From the IMG/VR virus record IMGVR_UViG_3300008108_004630: a stretch of 64,000 bases of DNA; one strand, given 5' to 3'. How positions within the stretch are numbered: position 1 is the first letter of the stretch; each line of letters opens with the position of its first letter. Shown here piece by piece: positions 7,185-16,420 of this stretch. The translations under genes and the position numbers were made by a program. A model generated the notes under the pieces. It was not told the DNA's origin. It did not search any database and saw only the letters and a list, made by a program, of their open reading frames with translations. This stretch comes from an uncultured virus (IMG/VR IMGVR_UViG_3300008108_004630) (lineage: Duplodnaviria; Heunggongvirae; Uroviricota; Caudoviricetes).

Positions 7185-10038
7185 GAAATTTTACTTAAGT
7201 GCCTCATTTGAAGCGAATTCTGTACAGAAGAAAACAGGTAGCAAAAGTTTAAAAATTGCTGGCTATGCTAATACTGTAGATAAGGATCGCGCAGGTGATG
7301 TTGTACTTCCAGCAGCATGGGCTAAGGGAATAGACAGGTTTCGTAAGAATCCTGTTTTATTATATCAGCACAAACACGAAAATCCGATCGGCAGAGTAGA
7401 CAAAGTAACTGTTGATAAAAAAGGTATGTTCATTGAGGCTTCCGTTAGTGAAGCTGCTGAAAAATTACACGGGGTTCATAGTCTCATAAAAGACGGAGCC
7501 CTAAAAAGTTTTAGCGTAGGTTTTCTAGTAAAAGACGGAAAACTAGATAAGGCTAACGATACATTCGTTATATCTGATGTTGAACTACTAGAAATCAGCG
7601 TTGTAAGTGTTCCTGCTAACCAGGAAAGTCTTTTCTCTGTAAAGAAGAATTTTGAAAATCAAGAAGAGTATGAGACCTTTAAAAAGTCTTTTCCAGTTCA
7701 AGATGCAAAAGAAGAAGAAGAGATTAAAGCTTCTATGACTTCAGAAGAGAAAGCTATCTTAGAAAACGAAGGCCCATATAGAATTGGTATAACTACTCGT
7801 GATATGGGACACTATCATATTTTCCAAATGACAGATACAGACGATGGCGCTACTATTTTCGGCTCTGATTCTAGAGAGCACGTTCATCAGATAATTAATG
7901 GCCAAATTCAGGCTGCAGAAGGCCACACTCACAGAATTCTTACTACCGCGGTTCACGCAGAGCAAGAAGACGAAGAAGAGGAAAGCGTTCCTAATATCTT
8001 TTTAATGAGTGGAACAGAAGATACTGTGCAGAAAACAGTAGAGACAAAAGATTCTGAACAAGCCGAAGAAGATACTGTAGAAGAAACAGATCCTTACGAG
8101 CCAATTCCTTTTGTAAATCTATTAAGCGCAAGCACTGGAGCACTAGCTAATGGACAATTTGTTCAGCTAAAAGGTGAGAGGTATGTAATTACTAAGATTG
8201 CTACTTCGGATAGTCCAAGTTTCCAGTTTAAACAAGTAGATTTACAGGGACAGCATCTTGATAAAATTTTAAACATTGACGCTACTTCCCTAGAAGTGTT
8301 AAATATATGGGATGTAGGAACAAATTTTGATATTCAGCTAGCAGAGATCGAAGAACTCAGTCTAGATGAAGATACAAAACAGACTATCCTAACAAACTTT
8401 AAAAACTTAAATAACGTAACCGAAAAAGATCTATATGATCTCAAAACAGACAACCTAGTAAAAACTAACCCAACTCTACAAGAAAAACTAAACAAAACAA
8501 TAAACTTAGTATCTACTAAAAACTGGACTGATTCTGACTTTGTAGTCGCAAATAGAATTTGTCAAGTTATTCATAAATTGAAAGAAATTGAGCACAGTGA
8601 AGCATCTATGCGACAAATAATGCTAAAGCTTCACGGTCATTTAGAAGCTCAAACAAAGGAGAAATTAAATATGGCTACTCAGGCTGTTGACGAACCAGTT
8701 GTTATTGGTTCTACTGCTGAAACCAAGGCTGAGGCTACTGCCACAGCTAAGGTTGCCGAGCCTCGTGTTGCTGAGCTAGTTGAAAAGACTGGTGAAGCTA
8801 TCATCAAGGAAGCAGACGCAAAGGATAAGTACGGTGAGTATACTCCTCGTGAATCTGAAAAGGCTGCTGAACTTCAGGCTCAGATCAAGAAGTACAAAGA
8901 CGAAATTGCTGCACTACAGAACAGCAAGATGGTATTCCAGGAGCAGTCACGTGCTTCTCAGTTCACTCAGCGTGAACTTGCTAATGCCTACCTACTATCT
9001 AAGGCACTTCGCAAGGAATCTGTATTCGACACCAAGCTAGGTGCTCGTATGAAGGCAGTAACAACTGTAGATCAGTTCCTATCAAACTTTAGCTCAGATG
9101 TTTATACTGAACTACAGCAGGAACTAGTTGTTGCTAAAATGCTACGTCGTATGTCAGTAGACGCAAAGACTTTCAGAGTCCCAGTTGCTGACGAAGACAC
9201 CGATGGTGATGTAGCACAGTTCGCTAGCGGAACATATACCACAGGTATTGCCGACGCTACCAACGTGCCAACTTCAAACCAGAGCACAATCAAGTCTGTA
9301 GACTTCACACCTCACAAGTTCATGGCTACAACACACCTAGCTAAGGACGAAGAAGAAGATACAATTCTTCCTCTACTAGACTTCCTACGTACCGCTTCTA
9401 TGCGTCGTATGGGCCGTGCAATCGACAAGGCTCTACTACGCGGTGACGGTTCACTAAGCGGGTTCACTGCTTCACCAACTAATGCTATCACAGCAGGAAC
9501 TGGTTATGCTGCAGTATTCAAGGGAATTGCAACCCTAGCCAATGATATCTCTGGTCTCCGTGTTCAGACCGGCGGTAACTCAACCAAGGCTACCCCAGCT
9601 AACATTGCTAGCGCACGTGCCGTATTAGGTAAATACGGTCTACAGCTAGGAGATCACCTAGTATATCTAACAACTATTGAAGGATATAACGAGCTAGTAT
9701 CAAATTCAGACTTCCGCACAGTTGATAAGTTCGGTCCAAACGCAACCTATCTAACAGGTGCTCTTGGAGCTGTATACGGAATTCCAGTTATGATCACTGA
9801 GTTCCTAGACGTTGTAGGCGGTGCAGATCGTCACATCGGTCTACTAGTATACAAGCCAGGGTTCCTAGTAGCTGAGCGCCGTGCAATGGAGATTGAGAGC
9901 GAATACGATCCACGTCGTCAGCTAACTGCAATCTACATGAGCACACGCCTAGACATGAAGGCACTAACAACTAACTCAAGTGCTGCCCTTGATGCAACCA
10001 AGTATTCAATGGCATCAGTAATCCGTTCTGGAGCATAA
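7177..10038 (+). CDS. Prohead protease fused in frame to the major capsid protein
   Basis: N-terminal HK97-type protease (IAGYAN, DRAGD, LYQH, SFSVGF, LLEISVVSVPAN), a long insert, then an HK97-fold capsid domain. No intervening stop. Confidence 0.9.
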   Translation: MDKKFYLSASFEANSVQKKTGSKSLKIAGYANTVDKDRAGDVVLPAAWAKGIDRFRKNPVLLYQHKHENPIGRVDKVTVDKKGMFIEASVSEAAEKLHGVHSLIKDGALKSFSVGFLVKDGKLDKANDTFVISDVELLEISVVSVPANQESLFSVKKNFENQEEYETFKKSFPVQDAKEEEEIKASMTSEEKAILENEGPYRIGITTRDMGHYHIFQMTDTDDGATIFGSDSREHVHQIINGQIQAAEGHTHRILTTAVHAEQEDEEEESVPNIFLMSGTEDTVQKTVETKDSEQAEEDTVEETDPYEPIPFVNLLSASTGALANGQFVQLKGERYVITKIATSDSPSFQFKQVDLQGQHLDKILNIDATSLEVLNIWDVGTNFDIQLAEIEELSLDEDTKQTILTNFKNLNNVTEKDLYDLKTDNLVKTNPTLQEKLNKTINLVSTKNWTDSDFVVANRICQVIHKLKEIEHSEASMRQIMLKLHGHLEAQTKEKLNMATQAVDEPVVIGSTAETKAEATATAKVAEPRVAELVEKTGEAIIKEADAKDKYGEYTPRESEKAAELQAQIKKYKDEIAALQNSKMVFQEQSRASQFTQRELANAYLLSKALRKESVFDTKLGARMKAVTTVDQFLSNFSSDVYTELQQELVVAKMLRRMSVDAKTFRVPVADEDTDGDVAQFASGTYTTGIADATNVPTSNQSTIKSVDFTPHKFMATTHLAKDEEEDTILPLLDFLRTASMRRMGRAIDKALLRGDGSLSGFTASPTNAITAGTGYAAVFKGIATLANDISGLRVQTGGNSTKATPANIASARAVLGKYGLQLGDHLVYLTTIEGYNELVSNSDFRTVDKFGPNATYLTGALGAVYGIPVMITEFLDVVGGADRHIGLLVYKPGFLVAERRAMEIESEYDPRRQLTAIYMSTRLDMKALTTNSSAALDATKYSMASVIRSGA
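8671..10038 (+). CDS. Major capsid protein from an internal start (455 aa)
   Basis: AAGGAG at 8656-8661, 9 nt before an in-frame ATG at 8671. Codon usage switches abruptly to a high-expression pattern here. N-terminal coiled-coil scaffold (delta) domain. Confidence 0.85.
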   Translation: MATQAVDEPVVIGSTAETKAEATATAKVAEPRVAELVEKTGEAIIKEADAKDKYGEYTPRESEKAAELQAQIKKYKDEIAALQNSKMVFQEQSRASQFTQRELANAYLLSKALRKESVFDTKLGARMKAVTTVDQFLSNFSSDVYTELQQELVVAKMLRRMSVDAKTFRVPVADEDTDGDVAQFASGTYTTGIADATNVPTSNQSTIKSVDFTPHKFMATTHLAKDEEEDTILPLLDFLRTASMRRMGRAIDKALLRGDGSLSGFTASPTNAITAGTGYAAVFKGIATLANDISGLRVQTGGNSTKATPANIASARAVLGKYGLQLGDHLVYLTTIEGYNELVSNSDFRTVDKFGPNATYLTGALGAVYGIPVMITEFLDVVGGADRHIGLLVYKPGFLVAERRAMEIESEYDPRRQLTAIYMSTRLDMKALTTNSSAALDATKYSMASVIRSGA

Positions 10039-10056
10039 TAGTAGTTTAGGCACGGG

Positions 10057-10082
10057 AGTAGGTAGTAGAGATACTACCTACT
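10057..10082 (+). promoter_or_regulatory. Hairpin after the capsid gene (mRNA-stabilising or attenuating; no U-tract)
   Basis: AGTAGGTAGTA-gaga-TACTACCTACT. Confidence 0.6.
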
Positions 10083-10101
10083 ACCCATAAGGAGAAACAA
10101 A

Positions 10102-10722
10102 ATGGCAGGAGCCGGACAAAAATTCCTACATATCGTTGATGCCGATCTAAGCTACAATGCTCAGTTTAAGACTTTTGATGAAATTCCATCACACGCTTTA
10201 AACTTCGGATCAACAATTAGATTTATGCCTGGTGTTTACGAAATGGGAACTATCAATCTAGATAGTTTAACTTTCGAAGGCATCGGCAACCCAGCAGACG
10301 TAGTACTAGCAAACCTAGTTATAGGTGGCGCATCTGCAAACACTAATATTTTCCGTAATGTAACACTAAGCGGAAATAGCGGTGTAGCTGCTAGCACAGG
10401 CCGTAGCGTATTTATTACCAACGGTGCTACAGGAACTGTAAGGTTTGAAAACGTAACCTTCACAAATGGAGACCTTGGTATTGATAACCAAGCTCTAGTA
10501 GCTCTAGTAGTTGATCGTTGCGATGCACGTGCAGTAGACAGAGCAATCCGTTCTAATGCAGTAGTATCTGCAAACGTTCGTTTCAGTGTTCTAAATGCCT
10601 CTTCAAATGCATATTTCACTGGAGCAAACGCTACCCTAAAAGCAGTTCAAGTAATTGCTAGCCAGAGTGGCGGATCAAATACTGGTAATACGGTTGAAAC
10701 AGTATCAGCACTAATTTCATAA
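10102..10722 (+). CDS. Putative capsid decoration protein with a beta-helix-like fold
   Basis: Follows the capsid gene, strong AAGGAG RBS, capsid-like codon bias, pectin-lyase-like pattern (IRFMPGVY, FRNVTL, FENVTF). Confidence 0.5.
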   Translation: MAGAGQKFLHIVDADLSYNAQFKTFDEIPSHALNFGSTIRFMPGVYEMGTINLDSLTFEGIGNPADVVLANLVIGGASANTNIFRNVTLSGNSGVAASTGRSVFITNGATGTVRFENVTFTNGDLGIDNQALVALVVDRCDARAVDRAIRSNAVVSANVRFSVLNASSNAYFTGANATLKAVQVIASQSGGSNTGNTVETVSALIS

Positions 10723-10746
10723 GATTAGTCTACTGATAATCAAGTG

Positions 10747-10785
10747 AGAGGTAGCTGTTAGAAATAATGGCTACCTCTTTTTTTT
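10747..10785 (+). terminator. Rho-independent terminator
   Basis: AGAGGTAGCTGTTA-gaaa-TAATGGCTACCTCT followed by a T run. Confidence 0.85.
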
Positions 10786-10795
10786 AGAGGAAAAT

Positions 10796-12089
10796 ATGGC
10801 AAACTATGTAACTCTAGCAGAAGTTAAAAACTATCTTAAGATTAACAGCACAGAGCATGATGGTAGATTAGCAAATCTAATTACCTATGGCTGCTCTGTG
10901 ATAGAGAGTTATTGTGGGCGAGTTTTCTCTTCTAATTCATATACTGAGATATTTGATGGCGGAACCTCTAGCTTATTTGTTAAAAACATACCCGTAAATA
11001 ATGTTCATCAGGTTTTAGAATATGATGGCAGACAGTATCAAGTTTTAGACGGTCCTACAATAGACAGTTCGATAGTTGACGCTTCTAGAGTAAATAAAAC
11101 AGTTACTTCTAATACAGGGTTTAGTCTTCAAACTAGATTTTCTTCAAACTAGATTTGTAAAATATGGAATTTCATCCGGTCAGTTAAACGGTTCTGGAGG
11201 ATATTTATCTTTAACAGACGACGATGATTTCTGGTTTGATAGCTTACCTTTTGCGGTTGAAGGCTGGTTTAGATTTAATACTTTAGTCAGCTCTCAGACC
11301 CTTTTCTCACAAGTAGAAGACAGTAATAACTATTGGAAGTTTGGTTTTAGCAACACACAAGGACTAGTTTTTGAAGCTAAGCAAGGCGGAACTCAAATTG
11401 CCTATGTAGCTAATGGTTCTACTACTGGCTATACTGCTAATCAATATGTCCATGTTATGTTTTCTAGAGATGAGAATAACGATTGCAGAATATTTAAAGG
11501 CGGATCTTTAGTAAGTCCTGTAGTAACAGTATCTAATGTATTCCCTAACCTATCCGCACCCGTAGAGATAGGAAGACAAAATTTAACAGATAAACAGTAT
11601 TTCTCAGGTCAGTTAGATGAGATAAGAATGTCCCTAAATAGTTACAGAGCCAATGCTAATTTTGTGCCACAAACCTACACATATTCAACAGATACAAACA
11701 CTACGTTATTAATGCATTTTAACGGTTCTAAAGATGCTATTACTACCTATGATTCATCTTTAAATAGAGAACAGTATACATGGTATGGAGCTACTGGAGA
11801 AATAACTAAACACGTTGGGCAAGACACAGGTAGAGAGACTCTTAGTATCTTAGGTGTTAAACAGTTTTATAACTATACGCATGGTGTAAAAATTACTTAT
11901 AACGGTGGTTATGATACTATACCTTCTGATGTTAAACTAGTTACTTTAGACTATATTAAAGAATTACATAAAGGGTTAGAAAATAGAGCGGTTTCTCTAC
12001 AAGGAGAAAGTATTTCGTCCTTTGAATTTACAGGTGGGTTTGCTCCGCATATTCGTCGCGTGTTGGATCTTTATAGGATTGTGATGTAA
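10796..12089 (+). CDS. Head-tail connector/head completion protein with inserted LamG domain; frameshifted by a 16-bp duplication (track ORFs 10796..11152 and 11457..12089)
   Basis: N-terminal YVTLAEVKNYLKI and C-terminal YNGGY..IPSDVKL...IRRVLDLYR are connector motifs. The middle has LamG motifs (VEGWFRF, YFSGQLDEIR). Removing one copy of TCTTCAAACTAGATTT gives a single 425-aa ORF. Confidence 0.85.
11125..11156. repeat. Perfect 16-bp tandem duplication
   Basis: TCTTCAAACTAGATTT at 11125-11140 and again at 11141-11156. Confidence 0.95.
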
Positions 12090-13573
12090 TGGTTGATAAG
12101 CCTATAGTTTTTATTGAAAACACAGGATTCCAAGAACTCACTGCTAAGTATTATAAAAGAGATAATAAATTATCTAAAGATCAGGAATCTTCTTATGCTA
12201 AAGCTTATGAAACATATGTAGGACAGTTATTTGGAACTATACTTCCTAGAACTTCAAGTTCAGATACTAGACCTGACATACCTATCACTAAAGCTGATGT
12301 AGATAAACTTCTTGAAAATAATCAAACAGAAGATAGCACCATATTTAGTTTTCTTGATGAATTAAGACAGAATTTAGCAAAATTAGAAGAAGGAGTAGAT
12401 TTTCAATCTTTAAGAGAAGCCTTTGTTAATGCTGCTAACACAGAAAAAGACCCTAATAGAAGATTATCTTTATTACAAACTATAGGAGGTATTGAAATTA
12501 AAGGTTCTTTCGGTATAGACTTATTAGGTGGTAGTGACGATTCTTTAAAAATTAGTAGAAAAACTCCTAGAGGATTAACAGGTAGACAGATAAATATAAA
12601 AAGTATTTTAGGAGGAGTAAAACCTGAAGGATCTAGTTTAGTTATACCGATAGTCACTTCTATAGATACTAGTAAAGTAGAAGCTAAACGTCTTGCTCGT
12701 ACTATTAAAGATTTTTTTGACAGGGCAAAAGATAATTTACATAGCGCTATTACTGGAGAATATTCTGGGACTGATCCTAAATTATTATATTTTAAAAATT
12801 CAGTTGCAGTTAAACAAATCAGAGCTAAGGGTCAGAATCTATGGATGCAGTATGTAATAAGATCTGGCGCAACTGTTAAGTCATATTCAGCCTATTTACC
12901 AGAGAGTTTTAAAGTACAGAACACCAACTTACAGGTGCAGAGTTCTAGTTTATATATAGCATATACAACTGCATATGAAAATAAAGTTTTGGAAAGACTA
13001 AAAACAGCTATTCAAACTAAATCAGGACAAGCTGTAGATAAAATAATTAAAGATACAGATATCAAAGACCTATTGTTGGCTCCACCTACTGTAACTACTC
13101 AAATATTAGTACCTTCCGGAGGCTCTATACCTATTTCTACAGTTAAATACCCAAACAATTATATACCTCGTATAAATAAAGCAGCTTTTCAAAGTAGAAT
13201 TAATTCTATTGTATCTATTTTAAGAGAGACTAGAGGGTCTACTAAAACTATGGGTGATTTCATCACCGACGACACTATAACTGCTCTAACTAAAAGAGAG
13301 ATGCTTCGTCGTATGCCTATCGGTCCTGTGGGAGGACCTCCTAAGTCTTCTAGAGTATTAACCTATCGCACAGGTAGATTTGTAAATAGCCTACAGGTAA
13401 TGGCTAATATAAGAACACAGAATATGCAATATTATTATGATCCTAACTACTGGGTTCACGAAGCTACTTCTAGAAATCCAAAAGATCTTATTGGTTCTTC
13501 CCTCAACTCTGTAACTAGAAGTCTGTTTGGTAAGAGGTTTAACCTAATAAAAGCTAATCAGAGTTTAGAATAA
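12089..13573 (+). CDS. Putative neck/tail completion protein (T5 p143-like C-terminus, long N-terminal extension)
   Basis: Position, plus C-terminal LTYRTGRF...YYDPNY...RNPKDLI. Confidence 0.55.
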   Translation: MVDKPIVFIENTGFQELTAKYYKRDNKLSKDQESSYAKAYETYVGQLFGTILPRTSSSDTRPDIPITKADVDKLLENNQTEDSTIFSFLDELRQNLAKLEEGVDFQSLREAFVNAANTEKDPNRRLSLLQTIGGIEIKGSFGIDLLGGSDDSLKISRKTPRGLTGRQINIKSILGGVKPEGSSLVIPIVTSIDTSKVEAKRLARTIKDFFDRAKDNLHSAITGEYSGTDPKLLYFKNSVAVKQIRAKGQNLWMQYVIRSGATVKSYSAYLPESFKVQNTNLQVQSSSLYIAYTTAYENKVLERLKTAIQTKSGQAVDKIIKDTDIKDLLLAPPTVTTQILVPSGGSIPISTVKYPNNYIPRINKAAFQSRINSIVSILRETRGSTKTMGDFITDDTITALTKREMLRRMPIGPVGGPPKSSRVLTYRTGRFVNSLQVMANIRTQNMQYYYDPNYWVHEATSRNPKDLIGSSLNSVTRSLFGKRFNLIKANQSLE

Positions 13574-14019
13574 TGGCGACAAGTAGACGTAGAGAGATAG
13601 TTAACTATCTTATCACACAACTGAAAACTATAAACGGCTCTACGAGCCAATATGGATATCAGTTTAAAACCAACTTATCACAGAACGTGTTTAAAGGTCT
13701 TAAATATATAGATCAGATAAATGATTTTCCTGCTATTTATATTCAAGCAGGAGAAGAACTCTATAGATATAATTCTAAAACAAATACAGAAGCTTTTATG
13801 ACTATTATGATTAGAATTTATGCACACGAAGAGCATAGTCTGTATAAACTAGAAGATCTTGTGGATGATATTACTCATGTTTTAGAGCGTGTTAAATATG
13901 ACCAAAGTCACAAGATCATATCTGCCGAAATTGCGTCTATAGACACGGACTCCGGTTTACTAGATCCCTATGGGTTAGGAGAAATAATGATTACGGTTCA
14001 GTATGATGTGGATGATTGA
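13573..14019 (+). CDS. Tail terminator-like protein, copy 1
   Basis: SRRREI...INDFPAI...IDTDSGLLDPYG. Lies before the major tail gene. Confidence 0.7.
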   Translation: MATSRRREIVNYLITQLKTINGSTSQYGYQFKTNLSQNVFKGLKYIDQINDFPAIYIQAGEELYRYNSKTNTEAFMTIMIRIYAHEEHSLYKLEDLVDDITHVLERVKYDQSHKIISAEIASIDTDSGLLDPYGLGEIMITVQYDVDD

Positions 14020-14501
14020 TGAGTAGCAAACGTAGACAGATTATGAATGAAATAGTTTCGGCGCTCAAACTAATAGACGGAACTACAGAGACCCTACCTA
14101 ACAGCCCTCGTAGTCCGTATACTTTTTGTACTAATGTATTTACAAACGTTTTTGCAAAACAAGAATATTTATCAACTTTAAACGACTTTCCTAGTATTTG
14201 TTGTTATCCTATTAGTTCCGAAACTAGAGCTAGAATAGGAGATGCACAAGTTTTTTCTAGTTTTATTTTAGAAGTCAGAGGTTATGTCTATAGCGACGAT
14301 AATCCTATAGAAAAAGCAGCTGATTTAGCTCAAGATATTCAATATATTATTGATTCTATGAAATATCGTTCTACTTTTAAAGACCTAAACGTAACTGAAT
14401 GTAGAGTTCAGTCTCTATCAACAGATGAAGGCATAATGGAACCTTATGGAGTAGTAGAGATTAGAGCGTTAATAGTATATATACAAGATTCTAACATTTG
14501 A
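14016..14501 (+). CDS. Tail terminator-like protein, copy 2 (paralog)
   Basis: SKRRQI...LNDFPSI...LSTDEGIMEPYG, colinear with the preceding ORF. Confidence 0.7.
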   Translation: MMSSKRRQIMNEIVSALKLIDGTTETLPNSPRSPYTFCTNVFTNVFAKQEYLSTLNDFPSICCYPISSETRARIGDAQVFSSFILEVRGYVYSDDNPIEKAADLAQDIQYIIDSMKYRSTFKDLNVTECRVQSLSTDEGIMEPYGVVEIRALIVYIQDSNI

Positions 14502-14513
14502 AATTTTTATTAT

Positions 14514-14542
14514 TTGCGCCCTATAGTAAGTGGTGTTATACT
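14514..14542 (+). promoter_or_regulatory. Sigma70-type promoter for tail genes
   Basis: TTGCGC-17 nt-TATACT with extended -10 TG. Confidence 0.65.
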
Positions 14543-14596
14543 TATAAAATATAAGAGGGACCGCCTAACTCATAGGGTTATATTAAGGAGTTAATT

Positions 14597-15853
14597 ATGG
14601 CACAAACATTGAACCTTCAAAGAAATAGTGAAGTGTTCCTTTCTACTGTAAGTCTTAACGATGGAGACGCAGTATCAGCAATGACACCGGCAAATACTTG
14701 GAAGGTTGAAATCCTTGCAGGTTATGCAATGTCACAGGCTGCAGCTACTCAGGACATCAACAGCTTAGAGAGCGGTACTACACCAGATCGCTCTAGTAAG
14801 CGTTTTAAAACAGCAATGAACCCTGTAGAGTGGAATTTCCAAACATATATCCGTCCAACTGGTATTGAAAATACTACTGGCGGTACTTTGGTTCACACGT
14901 CAGGTAATTCAATGCCTACCTCAGATTGGTATCTATGGCAAGCTCTTATGTCAAATACTTCTACCTATACTACCAATAAGCTTACTAGCGTATGGCAGGC
15001 AGGTGGAAAGTTTGCTAGTGCTGCTAGAAATGCTAGCGGTAATACTGCTGCTCATACACCTAATTTCGGTACATCTGCTACTTATAATATGTATTTTAAA
15101 CTTGATAACGTTATATATCAGGTATCTAATACAGCAGTTAATCAGGCTGCAGTAGACGCTGCTATTGACGCAGTTGCTACTACTACTTGGTCTGGATTTG
15201 GCACTAACCTAATAGAACTAACTGGTACTCCTAGAAATAATGCAGTATCTGTGTTTGGTGGTATTTTAAATAATGGAACCACAATAGACGCTAACAGTAA
15301 TGCTTACGTAACCACTGCAACTCATTCTTATCAGCCTTGGGATCAGTGGAACGTAGCAGGAACAATCTCTACTGCAAGCTTCATTAAGAATAGACTTTCA
15401 AGCCTAACTGTTAAGTTTCAGCCTGAAGGCGGTTCTTCCACAACTTATACTTTCCCAATCACGACTCTCACCTTCAACTATAACAATAATATCACCTTCA
15501 TCACTCCAGAAGAACTATCAAAGGTCAATACCCCTATTGGTAGCTTCACGGGTTCTAGAGAAGTAACAGGATCATTCACTGCTTACCTACGTGGTGCAGA
15601 CGGAGATTCTGCTCAATTCCTACGTGATCTAGCTAATGATCGTCGTCCAGCTCCTACTGCATTCTCAAATGCAAACCTAGTTGTTGGAGGAGTTACTGCT
15701 CCATATTTAGCATTCAATATGCCTGCAGTAGTATTTGACGTTCCAACTCACGGAATTGAAGATATTATTTCAATATCAGTAAACTTCAAAGCACAGGAAC
15801 CAATCAATACCGTTACAACCGGTGGTGAAGTAGACCTATACGCTAAGAAGTAA
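14597..15853 (+). CDS. Major tail tube protein (T5 pb6-like)
   Basis: LNLQRNSEVF, PVEWNFQTYIRP, FTGSREVTGS. Strong RBS and own promoter. Confidence 0.85.
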   Translation: MAQTLNLQRNSEVFLSTVSLNDGDAVSAMTPANTWKVEILAGYAMSQAAATQDINSLESGTTPDRSSKRFKTAMNPVEWNFQTYIRPTGIENTTGGTLVHTSGNSMPTSDWYLWQALMSNTSTYTTNKLTSVWQAGGKFASAARNASGNTAAHTPNFGTSATYNMYFKLDNVIYQVSNTAVNQAAVDAAIDAVATTTWSGFGTNLIELTGTPRNNAVSVFGGILNNGTTIDANSNAYVTTATHSYQPWDQWNVAGTISTASFIKNRLSSLTVKFQPEGGSSTTYTFPITTLTFNYNNNITFITPEELSKVNTPIGSFTGSREVTGSFTAYLRGADGDSAQFLRDLANDRRPAPTAFSNANLVVGGVTAPYLAFNMPAVVFDVPTHGIEDIISISVNFKAQEPINTVTTGGEVDLYAKK

Positions 15854-15856
15854 CAT

Positions 15857-15981
15857 TTAACTAGTTGAGGGGCTAGTTAACTTAATACCAAAGGCGCTTA
15901 CCGCGACAATCTTTCGGGATCCCCTCATCCGATCGTGCGTCGATCAAACGGTAAGCGCCACTTTATTTTTAAATTATGAGG
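15857..15981 (+). ncRNA. Candidate structured cis-regulatory RNA between the tail tube and tail chaperone genes
   Basis: 8-bp hairpin with a TTGAGGGG loop. 11-bp GC-rich stem GGCGCTTACCG/CGGTAAGCGCC enclosing inner hairpins, one with a CCCCTC loop. Confidence 0.55.
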
Positions 15982-15985
15982 AAAA

Positions 15986-16420
15986 ATGTCTAAAATTAAA
16001 TCACTACTTGTCACTGGAGACAAGACTATTGATGTAGAATTTCCAGAAGCAGAAGGTTTCGTAGTTACTATTAGCTATGTTCCTCGCGAAGACTTAATGA
16101 AAATTAGAAATCAGGCACTAGTGTACAAATTCAACAAACGCACCCGCCAAAGAGAAGAGGAGGTGGATAATGACAAGTTTGTTGAGGCTTACGCTGAACG
16201 CGTAATTAAAGGCTGGAAAGGTCTTAAAGTTAAACATCTTCCAAAGTTGCTACCGGTAGATATATCGGCAATGAACGCAGAAGATGAGTTACCATATTCT
16301 ACTGAAGAAGCTCTTGAACTACTAAAAAATAGTAGTATTTTCGATCAGTTTATTACTGATACAGTAAATGATCTAGAAGCATTCTCTGTTAAGAAAAGAG
16401 AAACTGATCTAAAAAACTAA
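15986..16420 (+). CDS. Tail assembly chaperone (gpG-like)
   Basis: Lies between tail tube and tape measure. Ends at slippery A AAA AAC then TAA. Confidence 0.85.
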   Translation: MSKIKSLLVTGDKTIDVEFPEAEGFVVTISYVPREDLMKIRNQALVYKFNKRTRQREEEVDNDKFVEAYAERVIKGWKGLKVKHLPKLLPVDISAMNAEDELPYSTEEALELLKNSSIFDQFITDTVNDLEAFSVKKRETDLKN

